A stretch of 64,000 bases of DNA from Eukaryota sp. TZLM1-RC (lineage: Eukaryota > Protista > Metamonada: BaSk clade): positions 434,001-498,000 of the forward strand of contig JAUPSS010000010.1 in the NCBI GenBank assembly GCA_040285825.1, read 5' to 3'. The first letter of the stretch is position 1. Every line of letters starts with the position of its first letter. The notes beneath the pieces were generated by a model that was not told the DNA's origin, ran no database searches, and saw nothing but the letters and a program-made list of their open reading frames with translations. A program made the position numbers and the translations under genes. Below, in pieces: positions 52,446-64,000 of this stretch.

Positions 52446-55400
52446 ATCTAGCTAGAACTATCTGAGCTGGATCCTCAACATTGCCTCTAGTTTCTTTTAG
52501 AACTCGATCCGTACGGCTCCAGAGAATGAATTTGTTGACAAACTTAAGGAGTTTATCAGCATTTCTCAAATCAGCAGCTTCAAGGTATGGGCGTTTGGGA
52601 CGGTTCCCTCGTCTATCGTCTCGGTCTCTTGATCCGATCATAGAAGAAAGGAGAAGGCTACTATCGTAAGTGCCCGAGAATGGTGATTGATGAGAAGAAG
52701 TTGTTGAGACAGAGCCTATCGTAGAAGGAGTAGGTTGTTGAAGAGGGACTCGACTGACAGGGGTGATGGGGGCGGGAACCGCATCAGCTGATGTGGTAGG
52801 AGTAGGTGACTCGCTACTCACAGTGATGACCTAGTCGTCGGCTTGATCCATGGCAGGTTGTTGAGGTATCCATAGGAGGAACTACACCAGTTTCCATAGG
52901 AGGTTGTGTTGATTCCATGGGTTGTCCTGGGGAAGCTGGAACTTCACTTTGATGAGGTTCAGGAGAAGGTTCAGTTTCTTCAATCTGGGCTGGAACCTGA
53001 TGTGAAGAGATCGCTGGTCGAACCAAGCGTGTCTTTTTAATGCGACCTTCTACCATGACTAGGGTTGGGCAAAAGTCAACGTACGAACACTAAACTACAA
53101 AGTACTTCAGTTGCACTAAAACTACATTATACACATCATTTTGGAAAAATGACAAAGTAGTTCTTCTTCTTCTTAATAAATATTCATCTCTTGGAGAAAC
53201 CTGTTCTCAACTCTTGGCTTTTTGATCACAGGTTTGAAAAGTTCTCTTTTAGGGGGCTCATTCTCTGTGGATGAGGTTTTGAGGTGTCTTTCTTGTTTGC
53301 TGGCCAAACTGTCTAGTTTTTCTCTCCATGTAGCAGAGGCATTGCTTTCACCTTCCAATGTATTTTTGACTCTGAGATCCTGTCCAATAATAATAATTTA
53401 TTATTTCTGGTTCCTGTTTCTCTTCTGGCAACTTTTCTGAATCTTTAGTAATTAATTGTTTTGATGTAAGAGTTGTGTATTGGATTGTTCCATTTCTATT
53501 CGTTGTTTAATGAAAAACAAATATTACGTATATCAAAGCAGAACAGGAGTACAGCAAAAAACTAAACACTATTGAGGACCTTAAATAAATAGTTATAATC
53601 ATTTGAAAAACGACCAAAAGCAGTGGAACAATGATGTTGAGGTTTGTTGCATGAACCGGGTTGATAACCACCCCCATGAATACCAGCAAGAGAATTGAAC
53701 ATAGAGCTTGCAGCATTCTGATCATTGATGAAGGCCATCGCTCTCATGAGAACATTATATCTTTGAGGTAAGATGTAATAAGGACCATGTTTGATATAAA
53801 AGTAGGCAAAGGTTTCTTGTTCTGAACTTCTGAGCACTGTCGCTCCTTCACAAAAATAATGCCATCCATTATAATCTCTTAACAGAGCTTGCCAAAAACT
53901 AATATAATCATCACCATAACCAGGTGATAGGACAAGAAAACCACCATTGAGGAAAGTTGCTGGATTACCGCCTGGCACTGCAAGTAATGATTCAGGGGAA
54001 ACAGGAACATCAAAAAGATGGTCCAAAGACTGATAGATAAAATAATCCCAATCCAAGCTGATAAGATGTTGAACAGGTGCTCCAGGAACATACATACCAT
54101 GGTCCATGACCCATTTCAGCATTCTGGATTCTATGCATCCAGGGAACACTGTGACGAGCTGGAGAGCTCTTTGAAGATTACCAGATCTTCTATGGTCAGG
54201 ACCACAATATGACGCTATCTGGTCAGGACGTCTATCATACAAAAAGAGTCTTTCACCATATGTGGTTTCAGTGAACCACCACCCTGTTCTATAATCTCTG
54301 TCGATAAGGATATCGAGAGAGGCATTGTACCCATGGCTGAACCTAGGGTATGGACAAGGGTTATAGACGTTTATGAAGAGGTTGTCTTCATCTTTCAGCG
54401 AAGCGTCTGAATACTCCCTCTCTTGTTGTTCTCCTGAACCTTACTCCGGGTCTGGGGTCGTGAGTAGGTTCGGGGTCAATTATAGAGGTTTCTGGAGTGA
54501 TCCTTTCATCGGCAAGAAATGGACCAATTCTGGGATTAATCCATAATCCTAAGTCGTTCTCGACTCTAGGACCGTAGAAAGGAGGACGTTTGTTGCTCAT
54601 CTCCGTGGGAGGGATGGCTTCTGGGTCCTCTGGAATGACCTGTGGATCCCTATCACGTCCATAAGGATTGTGCTGACGGGAAGCACCGTGATGAACATTA
54701 GAGCTAGCTTGGAAGCTAGATTGGGTGGGAGTGGATTGAGCAGGTGTAGAGGATGTTCCTCTTCTAGCTTGAATCATCATGTCAAGTCTATCTCTGTGTC
54801 TCCAGTTGCGTTCCTGTCTAAGATAACGCTCTAAATATTCTTTAGAGACCTCACCAGTAACTCTGTCAATTTCAGATGGAGGTGCCGTAGGAGGAATTTG
54901 AGGTTGAGGTAGAGGGGAGAATTCCTTGGAAGGTTCCTCGTAATCAACCAAATCTGAAAAGATTTGTTCGTACCTTTTCCTTTGTTCTTCAGAAAGATAC
55001 GGAAGGTTCGAAGTGCTAGGAGTGGAAACTCTAGCCTGGGGAGGGGAAACAGACAGGTGATTAACTCCACTTACTGCTGTTGAAGTGAGAGGAGATCCTG
55101 AAGCTGAAACAACAGGATTTTGACTTGAACTTCTTCCAGGTGGAACTGAAGGAAGTTGGTGAGAGGGTGGAACCTCAGATTCAGAATGAGAAACTGAAGT
55201 TGGGACTTCAGAATCCTTTTGAGAAGAAGGAGGTTGAACTCCAGTCCCTTCTTTAGTAGCAAGGAGAGGTTGAACAGACTCTCTACCTTGGATAGAAGGT
55301 GAAGATGGTACTTCAGAGCTTTTGAGAGGGTGGGGAGAAGGTGGAACTTCAGATTCCCTAAGAGAAGAAGGGGGATGAGCTTCGGACTCCTCAACGTCCT

Positions 55401-55894
55401 CGTCGCCATAGGAGACCAACGAAGGACTTCTTCCTTCCGAAGGAATGGTATCCTTAGAAGGGTTATTTCCTGTCGAAGGAGCAGAATCCTTAGGAGAAAT
55501 GTCTCCTTCCACAGGAACAGTCTCCTGGGGAGGGGAGCCTCCTTCCATAGGAGCGGAATCCTCTGGAAGGGAACTGTCTTCCTTTGGGGTGGAACCCTCA
55601 GGAACAGAGTCTTCAGGAAGCACAGAAGCTTCAACTGAGGGAGGGAGCACGGGAGCTTGGTCTGCGGTTAGTTGAGAAGAAGAGGGACCAGTCTCTTCCT
55701 CAAGAATCCTGTGTTGAGCCACTGGGGACCCAATACGTATTGATGGTCTATGGCTAGGGTTATCGTGTGACATAGCTTGTGTAAATGTAAAGTAATTTAT
55801 TACGAAGAGGAATTGTATTCTCTCGTCTTATACTAAAAGGCGGAATTCTGTATATAACTAAATACTAAGCTATAAATACTATTCAAGACTAACA
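52446..55894 (-). mobile_element. Family A LTR element copy 2 (5' LTR 55741-55894, 3'-truncated), containing a 1.04-kb foreign insertion
   Basis: ORFs 54388-55773, 54110-54400, 52814-53056 and 52444-52821 are colinear with copy 1. Confidence 0.9.
53562..54103 (-). other. Captured GT8 (glycogenin-like) glycosyltransferase domain, in frame with family A ORF1
   Basis: LISLDWDYFIYQSLDHLF...LNGGFLVLSP...EQETF...LPQRYN...IHGGG matches the GT8 motif order (DXD, NxG, DQ-like, LPxxYN, H). Confidence 0.7.
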
Positions 55895-56155
55895 AACCCA
55901 GATTTTGTCAACAAAATAGACATAGAACACATGATTCAAACAAAAGCTTACATCAACTTACAATTGACCATTGCTTAGAGCACTATTTGGCACTTGACAA
56001 TAATTAAAGATGATTTATTGTGGTATTTACTAAAGACTCTCTTGCTATACAACAAACTTACTGGTGAGACTTGAACAACTTAGTAAGATTCAACAAATAT
56101 GTGAATAAAAGCAAATGTGAATGGAAAAAACAACCATTTTTGATTGAAACTTAAA

Positions 56156-57075
56156 TCACTTATTAACTGAACACAATTCATTTGTATAGACACCATAAAT
56201 ACCATCTTCCATGTACTTTTTCACCTTTTTTGGATCATCTATTGTATGAGTAAATGTCTTAATACCAAGTTTTGAAAGACCTTCCTTAAGTGGAGGGTAT
56301 CTATCTGGAAAGAAAGTGACTGCAACTATTTCAGGGTTTTTTTCAACAAAATTTAGAACATCTTGGGGTTTGGCTTTAGGCATCTTATAAAGTGTCAGGA
56401 TTGCCTTTGTGAACCCCAATTTTTAACAACTTCAAGGTCACGGAATTTGTACAGCTGGGGAATCACTCTATTCTGACAAGAAATACCAGACTCATTCAAA
56501 TAACTACAAATGATTGGCAGAACATCTCTGAGAGAATTTTTAGAATCAGTGATAAGTACCCAATCAGGAAACTGAATCATGAGGTCCACAAAACCTTTCA
56601 TATCTAACTGAGTAAGCCCTGCCATATGAGCAGACATGAACTGCTTGTATGTACCAGCCTCATTAACACCAAAAGAACTCACTGGGATCAATACCTACGG
56701 CTTTCCCCCGATGGTAGAGCACAAGCTCTTTGTCTGAGGTTAGGTGAAAGTCGGCCTCAAACTGTCTACACCCTTTGTAATAATGGATGAGAAAAAGCTT
56801 CCAGTGTATTTGTAATAGTGACGTCACCAATCTTCCCCAAAGCATGACAAATATATCGGTAAAGAGGAAGAGAAGTAGGTGGTTCAGTGGGTGACTCACT
56901 CTCCTTTTTCTGAATCGAGCGCCTCCAATGACTCATGAAAATAAGACCTGGATTCAGGCAGTGTAGGAGAAGTAATGATAAGTTGTTTAGGAAGAAATAA
57001 GATACATATGAATGAAACCAACGACACAGTCAGTATCAGAAACACAGTTTTCCTAGTGAAGTGATGCAATTTCAT
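56156..57075 (-). pseudogene. Membrane-anchored glycerophosphodiester phosphodiesterase-like gene with multiple frameshifts
   Basis: N-terminal TM segment, GCRQFEADFHLTSDKELVLYH, LITDSK, VIPQLY and TFTHTIDD...GIYGVYTN spread over four ORFs with no clean introns. Confidence 0.65.
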
Positions 57076-57139
57076 TAAACAATCAATTGATGTTGAAAGT
57101 TCAAGTACAAGGAAAGAATACCACAAGATAAACACCTTC

Positions 57140-58060
57140 TTTCTTGGATGATTTTGTTGAAATTGTAAAACAACGTACAGGAAGAATTTTTGACAAAACG
57201 TTTTTGCAGAACAGAATTGTATTTTCAATTTTGAAAGGTGTTGTCCCTCTATTGCTTATAGCACATCACCATTGCTGTCAGCAAAAGAATTTCTGTCAGC
57301 TTCATCAGCCAAATTTGAAAGCAAAGGTTCTAAAAAAAAGATTCAATCTTGTAGGACTTAAACATACAATCACGAACTGCATCATGCACTTTTGATCTAA
57401 AAGTAATAAATTGATTACAATTAAATAAATGGGTTGGAGTGGCAGTCTTTCACAATTACAAATTAATCCATGAAGAAGATTATCAGGCCAAATAAAAGAT
57501 CGAAGACGCATAGATAATAAAAAGCAAGGGTCATTGAGAAACAAACCATAAATTCTTGTACTTTTTTTTTCTAATTCTTGTACTTGATTCATTAAACAAG
57601 AAACAGAACTATCACACACATCCAGTACAAAATTTGCATAAGCGGGATTTTTTTGTTTGGCCATGCCAAGACGTACTTCATAATCCAAGTCTTCAAATGT
57701 TACTGTCAGTTTTTTTGTTGAAGCTTCTTTACACAATACCTTTAATTAACCAAAATTCGTGGAGGAATCTCTTGAACTGAGTCGGGAAAACATTGAGACC
57801 AAATTTCTGGTGCAATTTTATCAATAGCAACATCAAGGTCATACAAATATTTGGAAAATGATGGATTAAGCAAATGGCTATCTTCAGGAAAACGATTGAG
57901 AAATTCAGAAAAATATAAATTTTTCCACCACCAACAAATACTGCTTGACAAAGAATTGAAGATTTAACAAAGCCAACACCACCAAATTGTGATGATGACA
58001 ACAAGTGAGCTCGAATTAGCTCAGTTGATATGTTGAGGTTTGTTTTGAAAAAATAACCAA
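57140..58060. mobile_element. Two RLE-type non-LTR fragments (about 57140-57245 on +, about 57310-58060 on -)
   Basis: RTGRIFDKTFLQNRIVFSILKG on plus. IWSQCFP, LDYEVRLG and MRLRSFIWPDNL on minus. Confidence 0.75.
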
Positions 58061-58181
58061 AAATCAAAATAAAAAACAAACTAGTGACACGTCACTGCAT
58101 CGTCATTCTTCTTGCTTTGTCGCATTTATATTTTTCTTGTGAAGGACAAACTTTTTGCGACTAAACCCACTACTCAACAAA

Positions 58182-59180
58182 ATGACTACTGGACAAAGAC
58201 TTTGTGTTGCTCTTGGAGGTAATGCTCTACAATCATCCAAATCCAAGGGTACATGGGCTGAAACTACTGAAGCTGCCCGTGGTGCAATGGAACAACTTTC
58301 CAAACTCGTAGTTGAAGGACACAACCTTGTTTTGACTCATGGAAATGGACCTCAGTATTGTAATTTCATCCTTCTTATCATAGGGTTGGATCCTTATTGA
58401 TTCAAAACGAAAAGGCTTCAGATGCCGTTCCACCACTTCCTCTCCCTACTTGTGGAGCCCAAACACAAGGTTATATCGGTTATCTTCTTCAACAAGAACT
58501 TGGTAACGCTCTTCGTGCCCAAAACATTGAGCCAACTGTAGCAACTGTTGTTACTCAAACTGTTGTCTCATTGGATGATCCTGCATGGGAAAATCCCACT
58601 AAGCCAATTGGTCCCTTTTATACTGAAGAAAAGGCCAAGGCTCTCGAAGCTGAAGGAAAGGTTGTCAAGGAAGATTCTGGCAGGGGTTACCGCCAAGTCG
58701 TTGCTTCTCCCCAGCCAATGGTGCTAAGTGAGAAAAAGGCAATTTTGAATCTTGTTAATGCTGGTTTCACCGTTATCTGCTCCGGTGGTGGTATGTTCAT
58801 TGTTTTAATTAATCAAAGGTGGAGTTCCATGTATTGAACGAGAAGGTCGCCTTGTTGGTGTTGATGCTGTCATTGATAAGGATCTTTCCTCAGCTATTTT
58901 AGCCAAGGAAACCAACGCTGATGTTCTAATGATTCTCACTGATGTTGAAACATGCATGAAGGATTTCCGCTCTGACAATCCCATCGCTCTTCGTCATTTG
59001 ACCATCGAATCTGCTGAAGAATTGATTAAGGGTGGCGAATTTGGTGCTGGCTCTATGGGACCTAAAGTGCAAGCCGCTGTCAATTTTGTTAAGACTACTG
59101 GACGTAAAGCAATTATCACTTCATTGCACAAGGTTGCTGAAGCTCTTCGTGATGAAACTGGTACTCACATTACTGCTTAA
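58182..59180 (+). CDS. arcC: Carbamate kinase, 313 aa; join(58182..58354,58384..58790,58819..59180)
   Basis: VALGGNAL, THGNGPQVG, PTKPIGPFY, GGGGVP, AVIDKD and GSMGPKV motifs. GT-AG introns of 29 and 28 nt. Confidence 0.95.
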
Positions 59181-59491
59181 GTTATTTTTTGTGTGTCGTT
59201 TTTAGTAAATAAATCTTTGTATTGTTATATTCATGTTTAGGCTCCATACGGGAAGCAATTAAATCAAACTGAGTCAAAATGCTGCAATTGTATGGAGCAT
59301 GTGTGTACCACTATATCGTAAAGATATCGTAGATTTGATTCCTATAATCACACCAAAACCTATTATCTATTGAATTGTTAGTTTAATTCCACTTAGCATT
59401 AAGTGTCAAAGTCAACTTCTCCACATTTTGACTTAAATCATACACTTAACAAATTCAAATCTTTACATATTATTATACAAAATAACCAAAG

Positions 59492-60136
59492 CTACTTGTT
59501 TTGACCAAACAATATGTCAATCGATGGTAAACTGGAAGGTTTCGGTGGTCGTTTAATCTGCAACGGCTTCCATTCGAGAACAGAAGGGCTTTCATCATTT
59601 GATTTCAAAACATGCTGCACTCTAGTGGAGCTGCTGTATTGCACATCAGGTGTTGATTTTGTTGGTGATTCTGGATAGTCATCGAATACTCTTTCTCGTG
59701 CAAACTGTTGCTTTTCTAAAGCTAGTGCCTCACGTTCAGATTGAAGTTGTTCTTTGAGCTCAGTCAGCTCATCCCTTAGTTTAAGCAATTCATTATATTC
59801 TACCTTCATTTTCTGCTTTTCCTTTTGCATATTTGAAAAGGGAGAAGCGGCACGACGCTTGGACCGTTCTTCATGAACTCTTGCTTTGATCTGGTGATCA
59901 GAAGGATGTTCCCATTGTGATGTGCGTGTCTCATGATGAAAGTAATATATTTTCCTGTTATCGTCACGGAAAATAGACCATCCTGGTGGAACAGGGGCGT
60001 TGATACCTTCCTTTGCGATCCACATTAGATCTTTCTCTTTCACTGGATCAATGCCAAGATATTCAGCATATTTGGTAATATCTTCTATTTTTGGTTCAAA
60101 AGACAGATCAAGAGGTGAAAGAGCTCTTGATAGCAT
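59492..60136 (-). CDS. CEP164-like protein (N-terminal helical region + WW domain + short coiled coil)
   Basis: YAEYLGIDPVKEKDLMWIAKEGINAPVPPGW...YYFHHETRTSQWEHP. Confidence 0.8.
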   Translation of the reverse strand: MLSRALSPLDLSFEPKIEDITKYAEYLGIDPVKEKDLMWIAKEGINAPVPPGWSIFRDDNRKIYYFHHETRTSQWEHPSDHQIKARVHEERSKRRAASPFSNMQKEKQKMKVEYNELLKLRDELTELKEQLQSEREALALEKQQFARERVFDDYPESPTKSTPDVQYSSSTRVQHVLKSNDESPSVLEWKPLQIKRPPKPSSLPSIDILFGQNK

Positions 60137-60227
60137 TAGAAATAAGAAGAAATTAGAGTATTAAAACTTGAATCGAATTGACCTCAAACTTGAAAGTCCC
60201 AAAGAAAATAGAATCTTTTGATGAACA

Positions 60228-60540
60228 CCATTTGTATTTTCCCTTTTTGGTTCACTTGCACCAACTGCTTTACGTTTTTTGGATGATTTTGAAATGATTG
60301 TAAAGAAAAGAACTAACAGAAATTTCAACAAATTGTTTTGGCAAAATAGAATTGTGTTTTCTATTTTTAAGGGGATGTTGAAGATGGTTTCTAATGCTTT
60401 GCTTTCTCTTGGATCTCACTATGAGAGTGTTGCATCTAGTGTTTTTGTTTTGGGAGAGATGGATTATTTAGATGTTGATTTATAGGTTTTGAATAAATAA
60501 TTAAAAAAAATTAAAAAAAATTAAAAAAAATTAAAAAAAT
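60228..60540 (+). mobile_element. 3' fragment of RLE-type non-LTR element with a (TTAAAAAAAA)n tail
   Basis: Near-identical to 34938-35200. The tail is at 60501-60540. Confidence 0.85.
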
Positions 60541-61060
60541 ACAATCTTCAACTCAAACGCCGGCATTCGCATTGATGAAGACACAGTCCATTCGTTTTTT
60601 CCCATTCGTTTTTGTTGCGTAGATACACTAAGACCATTGAATATTTTTCCTGGAGTCGAATCTCCTGTCACTTCAGATACTCGAATTTTTGATACTCGAA
60701 TTTGCAACACCTGAACCTAATACTTCTAGCCGCTTATACACAGACGGTAGATCAAATGATGTTGAATGTGAATGAAGTTGGGTGTGATTTATCCCTTTGT
60801 GCAATATTTTTGCAAAAAAAATAGAAAAATCGAAAAAAATATTTTTCATTCAATTGTTAGGATTTGAGTAGAAAAAGTATTAGTTAAGGTTTGTTGTTGA
60901 GTTTTAAAATGTCTCTGTTCCAGGAATAAACGATATCACTTGTTATCAAACAGAAATAATCCATCACCTGAAAAAACCGATAACCAAAACATCAACATAT
61001 GAAAAGAAACTAGTTTATAAATAAAACATTTTAAATAAACACTATAAAATACTAAAAGTT

Positions 61061-64000
61061 CTAACTCAGAGCTAACTGAATGATTTCTTTTTCTTTTTGA
61101 CTAAAGCAACCAGAAAAAACATTTAAAATACCCTTATTTGCTAGATCCTTAAAGAAATGCCCAACAATTCCTACAACTTCAAACTGAAATAGAGGTTCAT
61201 CAGCAAACTCATCTTCATTAAACCCTCCTCCTGCAACTGTTTCCTCTCCTATGAGTTGCTCCAGCATGCCAAACTCATCTGCATCGACAAAAAGTGATTC
61301 AGATGTCAAATTTCCCTCTGCTTGATCATCAAAATCTTCAGCTTCATCATCATCAGACTCGTAACCATGCTTTGGAGCTTTGATATCTTCTACGTAATCG
61401 TTAAAAACTGCAATAATGTTCTTTAGGAGCTTTGCTTTGAGAGAAACAACTTCACGATCTGATTGGCGGTGTGCTACACGTTGAGCTCGGGTAGAGACAC
61501 CTGTACGGAGTGGTTCAAGTGAATCTCCAAAGACGGAAATGTTGTTAATTCGAGGGTCATCAATGGTGATCATGTTCATCGCAAATCTTAAAGCAACTTT
61601 AATGTCAAATGAACCAAAAAAGTTGGGGTGATGTTCAGCGAAATTTTTGAAGAAGAGATCAATACCGTCTGGAACTGAGCTCAAAATTTGGAGGAAATTT
61701 TCAAATGGTATTATAAACGACAAATGACAAATTACCAAAAGCAATCCTTGTTGAAATGCGAAAATTTTAGCAGTTTTAAATCTATTTAAAACACCAAAAA
61801 CTAAAGAAGTCAATAATTCTTGAGATAAATTAGATTTAAACGTGCGAAGAACTCTTATAATGAGAGGACCTATAAATAAAGCAGCATCTTCCGTCATGTC
61901 GGGTCTTAAAAGCTTGGAAATGACGTGGAATATCACGTCAACACCATTGACTTGGCTTGACTTTCCATCGATTTCAACAGAAAAAACGAGACTTTGTATG
62001 ACATCTGAAGCTACTCTGAGGTAGTGACGAATGCATTCACTTCCGGATTGGAGAATTTGAGGGTCATTTGTGACTAGCATCAACTGGCAAAGTCTTGGAT
62101 ACACAGTTTGAAATATTACACCTGGCAAATTTTGGGAAGTTTGTCGAGGTTGTAGGAAAGAAGAGATCAAGTCAATGCAAGTCTGAAGCGTCACGTCATC
62201 AGTTGCGGAATTTTCAAGACTTTTCGTCACTTCCGGTAGTATATTGGTCATGATGAGATTCCCGGTTTCCTCATTTTTACAAGATAACGTTAAACAATCA
62301 ATTATTCCAACAATCAGCAATGGATCAGATGGGAATTTTGTCCAGAGATCCATACACGCAGAGGTAATAAGGGTAGCAACGCTTGTTAAATATTGGGTCT
62401 CTGAAAACAAAGAAATTAAATGTTGAAGACAATCGACACCTATGTGAAGGGCATCTGAACTTTCTTTTGCACAAGATAAAAACTTTAATATAGTCACAAA
62501 CATATCGTTCAATTGACTTCCAAAGACTTTGATTACCCCTTTTGATGGTTTGTTTCCAGTGTCCTTTTCACCAGCCATCAAGTCCAAGTCTTGTACGGCT
62601 TCCAAGAACTTCACTAGTGAACCTAGCGATAGACCAGTTATTAAAGGTGGTGTGCTTGGGTTTAGGCAATTTTTAATTCTAGAGGCTATTTCGGGGATAG
62701 AACTAGTTGGGAGAAACTTTATGCTCTCAGACAGACATGATAAAGCGCAAATTTGGAGAAAAGGGAGAGCATTTGATGACGTTTGCAGCTCAAAAGTCGA
62801 CCCCAAAGCATTGACAAAGCCAGACCAATCAAAATCTTTAGGAATCTCCGAGACTGCTGGTAAAATGCAAGAAAACCCACAAAAAACAGATTCCATCAAG
62901 ACAATCCAAGAAAAATCTTCTGAACGACCTCTCAACTCTTGACTCTGTCCAAACAACTTCCCAGCAACTAATGTAAACTGTTTAAAACATGTAGTTGGAA
63001 GGTTATCTGCCAAACGAGCCATGAAAAGCTTTGCACTGATGCGAATGGTAAAATCAAATGTAGTTTCATCCTCCGAAGCATAATATTTGTCTAGGGAGAT
63101 AGACCAATCTATAACGGACTGTCTATCCATTCTGAGTAACAATAAAGTAATCTCAATCAGCTCAAAAAGTTTTGATTTGATTGATTTTCTGATTGATTTG
63201 GAAACGAGTATTGAAGCGTTGAAAAATGTCTGACATGAGTCAATCAAAGTCAACAGATTTTGAGCTTCTCCTTCAGGATCTTTAAGACTAGTATTGACTT
63301 CGAAAATTTCGGTTGGGTTGATGTAAAAAGCTTCATATAAAGAATTACATTTTCTGTAAATGAGCAAGATAGAATCAATGACAGAAGAAATCATGTTGGC
63401 CTGGACTAATTCCTTTGAAAATAACTGCACAATGACTGTCATAATTTTGATTGATTGAATCAAAGGTGCCAAACTTCCCCTTTCGACAGAGGAAAGTATC
63501 ACGTCAACTGATTGATTGGGATCAATTAAATTAGATTGAAGAATTTTTCCCAACAACTCCAGCCACGGTATAATCAAAGGTGCAATAATCTGCTGAATTT
63601 TTGGTGATCTCTTTTCGTCGACTGACACGTAGTGTGACGTGTCATCCTGGACGAAATAAGAGGCAACCGTCAACAACGAATTCAAAGCAGACAGCACATA
63701 CAAGCAGAATTCCAGGTCTAGTTCAGATGTAAATGACAATCGAGGCTTGATGACGTCATGCAGTGCTGGCATTAAGACTCCCAAAACCGTAGTAATCTTG
63801 TTATCAGCGACATCACCAGCGATAGATGAAGTGACCATAGCAAACCCATGGGCGAGGTAGTGAAGCTGTTCACTAGTGAGGGAGAGAAGAGATGTGGTTT
63901 GGAAGGCTTCACAGAGTTCAGCAGGTAGGGGTTGAGTTGATGTTTGAGGAGAGAGGCCATGGGCTAAGATGGAAGGAACAGAAGGCCAGATCTCAGGATA
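61061..64000 (-). CDS. IPO9: Importin-9-like karyopherin-beta (5' part outside window)
   Basis: Long HEAT-like ORF with WSISLDKYYASEDETTFDFTIRISA, DPQILQSGSECIR, AALFIGPLI, GVSTRAQ and an acidic C-terminal loop. Confidence 0.75.
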   Translation of the reverse strand, partial: YPEIWPSVPSILAHGLSPQTSTQPLPAELCEAFQTTSLLSLTSEQLHYLAHGFAMVTSSIAGDVADNKITTVLGVLMPALHDVIKPRLSFTSELDLEFCLYVLSALNSLLTVASYFVQDDTSHYVSVDEKRSPKIQQIIAPLIIPWLELLGKILQSNLIDPNQSVDVILSSVERGSLAPLIQSIKIMTVIVQLFSKELVQANMISSVIDSILLIYRKCNSLYEAFYINPTEIFEVNTSLKDPEGEAQNLLTLIDSCQTFFNASILVSKSIRKSIKSKLFELIEITLLLLRMDRQSVIDWSISLDKYYASEDETTFDFTIRISAKLFMARLADNLPTTCFKQFTLVAGKLFGQSQELRGRSEDFSWIVLMESVFCGFSCILPAVSEIPKDFDWSGFVNALGSTFELQTSSNALPFLQICALSCLSESIKFLPTSSIPEIASRIKNCLNPSTPPLITGLSLGSLVKFLEAVQDLDLMAGEKDTGNKPSKGVIKVFGSQLNDMFVTILKFLSCAKESSDALHIGVDCLQHLISLFSETQYLTSVATLITSACMDLWTKFPSDPLLIVGIIDCLTLSCKNEETGNLIMTNILPEVTKSLENSATDDVTLQTCIDLISSFLQPRQTSQNLPGVIFQTVYPRLCQLMLVTNDPQILQSGSECIRHYLRVASDVIQSLVFSVEIDGKSSQVNGVDVIFHVISKLLRPDMTEDAALFIGPLIIRVLRTFKSNLSQELLTSLVFGVLNRFKTAKIFAFQQGLLLVICHLSFIIPFENFLQILSSVPDGIDLFFKNFAEHHPNFFGSFDIKVALRFAMNMITIDDPRINNISVFGDSLEPLRTGVSTRAQRVAHRQSDREVVSLKAKLLKNIIAVFNDYVEDIKAPKHGYESDDDEAEDFDDQAEGNLTSESLFVDADEFGMLEQLIGEETVAGGGFNEDEFADEPLFQFEVVGIVGHFFKDLANKGILNVFSGCFSQKEKEIIQLALS

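Overview
Eukaryotic, transposon-rich DNA (standard genetic code, 26-31 nt spliceosomal introns). It most likely comes from an anaerobic flagellated protist, since pyruvate formate-lyase, carbamate kinase, a CEP164-like protein and an Sfi1-like protein are present; a metamonad-type host is an inference. Host genes: Methyltransf_16-type methyltransferase, two inverted PFL copies (one destroyed by a retrotransposon), Sfi1-like protein, tRNA-Gly(TCC), GT32 glycosyltransferase (frameshifted), Arf GTPase, CTU1, importin-alpha-like, RING/TRAF protein, GDPD pseudogene, carbamate kinase, CEP164-like and importin-9. Much of the window is mobile DNA: five distinct Ty3/gypsy LTR families (here A-E, LTRs only 124-195 bp, often nested), many 5'-truncated RLE-type (CRE-like) non-LTR retrotransposons, and hAT/MITE remnants. 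Main discovery: all seven 5' LTRs lack a conventional tRNA primer-binding site at the LTR edge. Each instead carries the same covarying structure, arm-[bulge]-CA|8-nt (near-)palindrome|TG-arm', which suggests a tRNA-independent, dimer/self-priming mechanism. Four families also have an ATG inside the LTR opening a frame across the LTR edge, and three encode very long Gag proteins with family-specific N-terminal domains of unknown function. One copy has acquired an in-frame GT8 glycosyltransferase domain. All coordinates were read by eye, and boundaries of degenerate elements are approximate.
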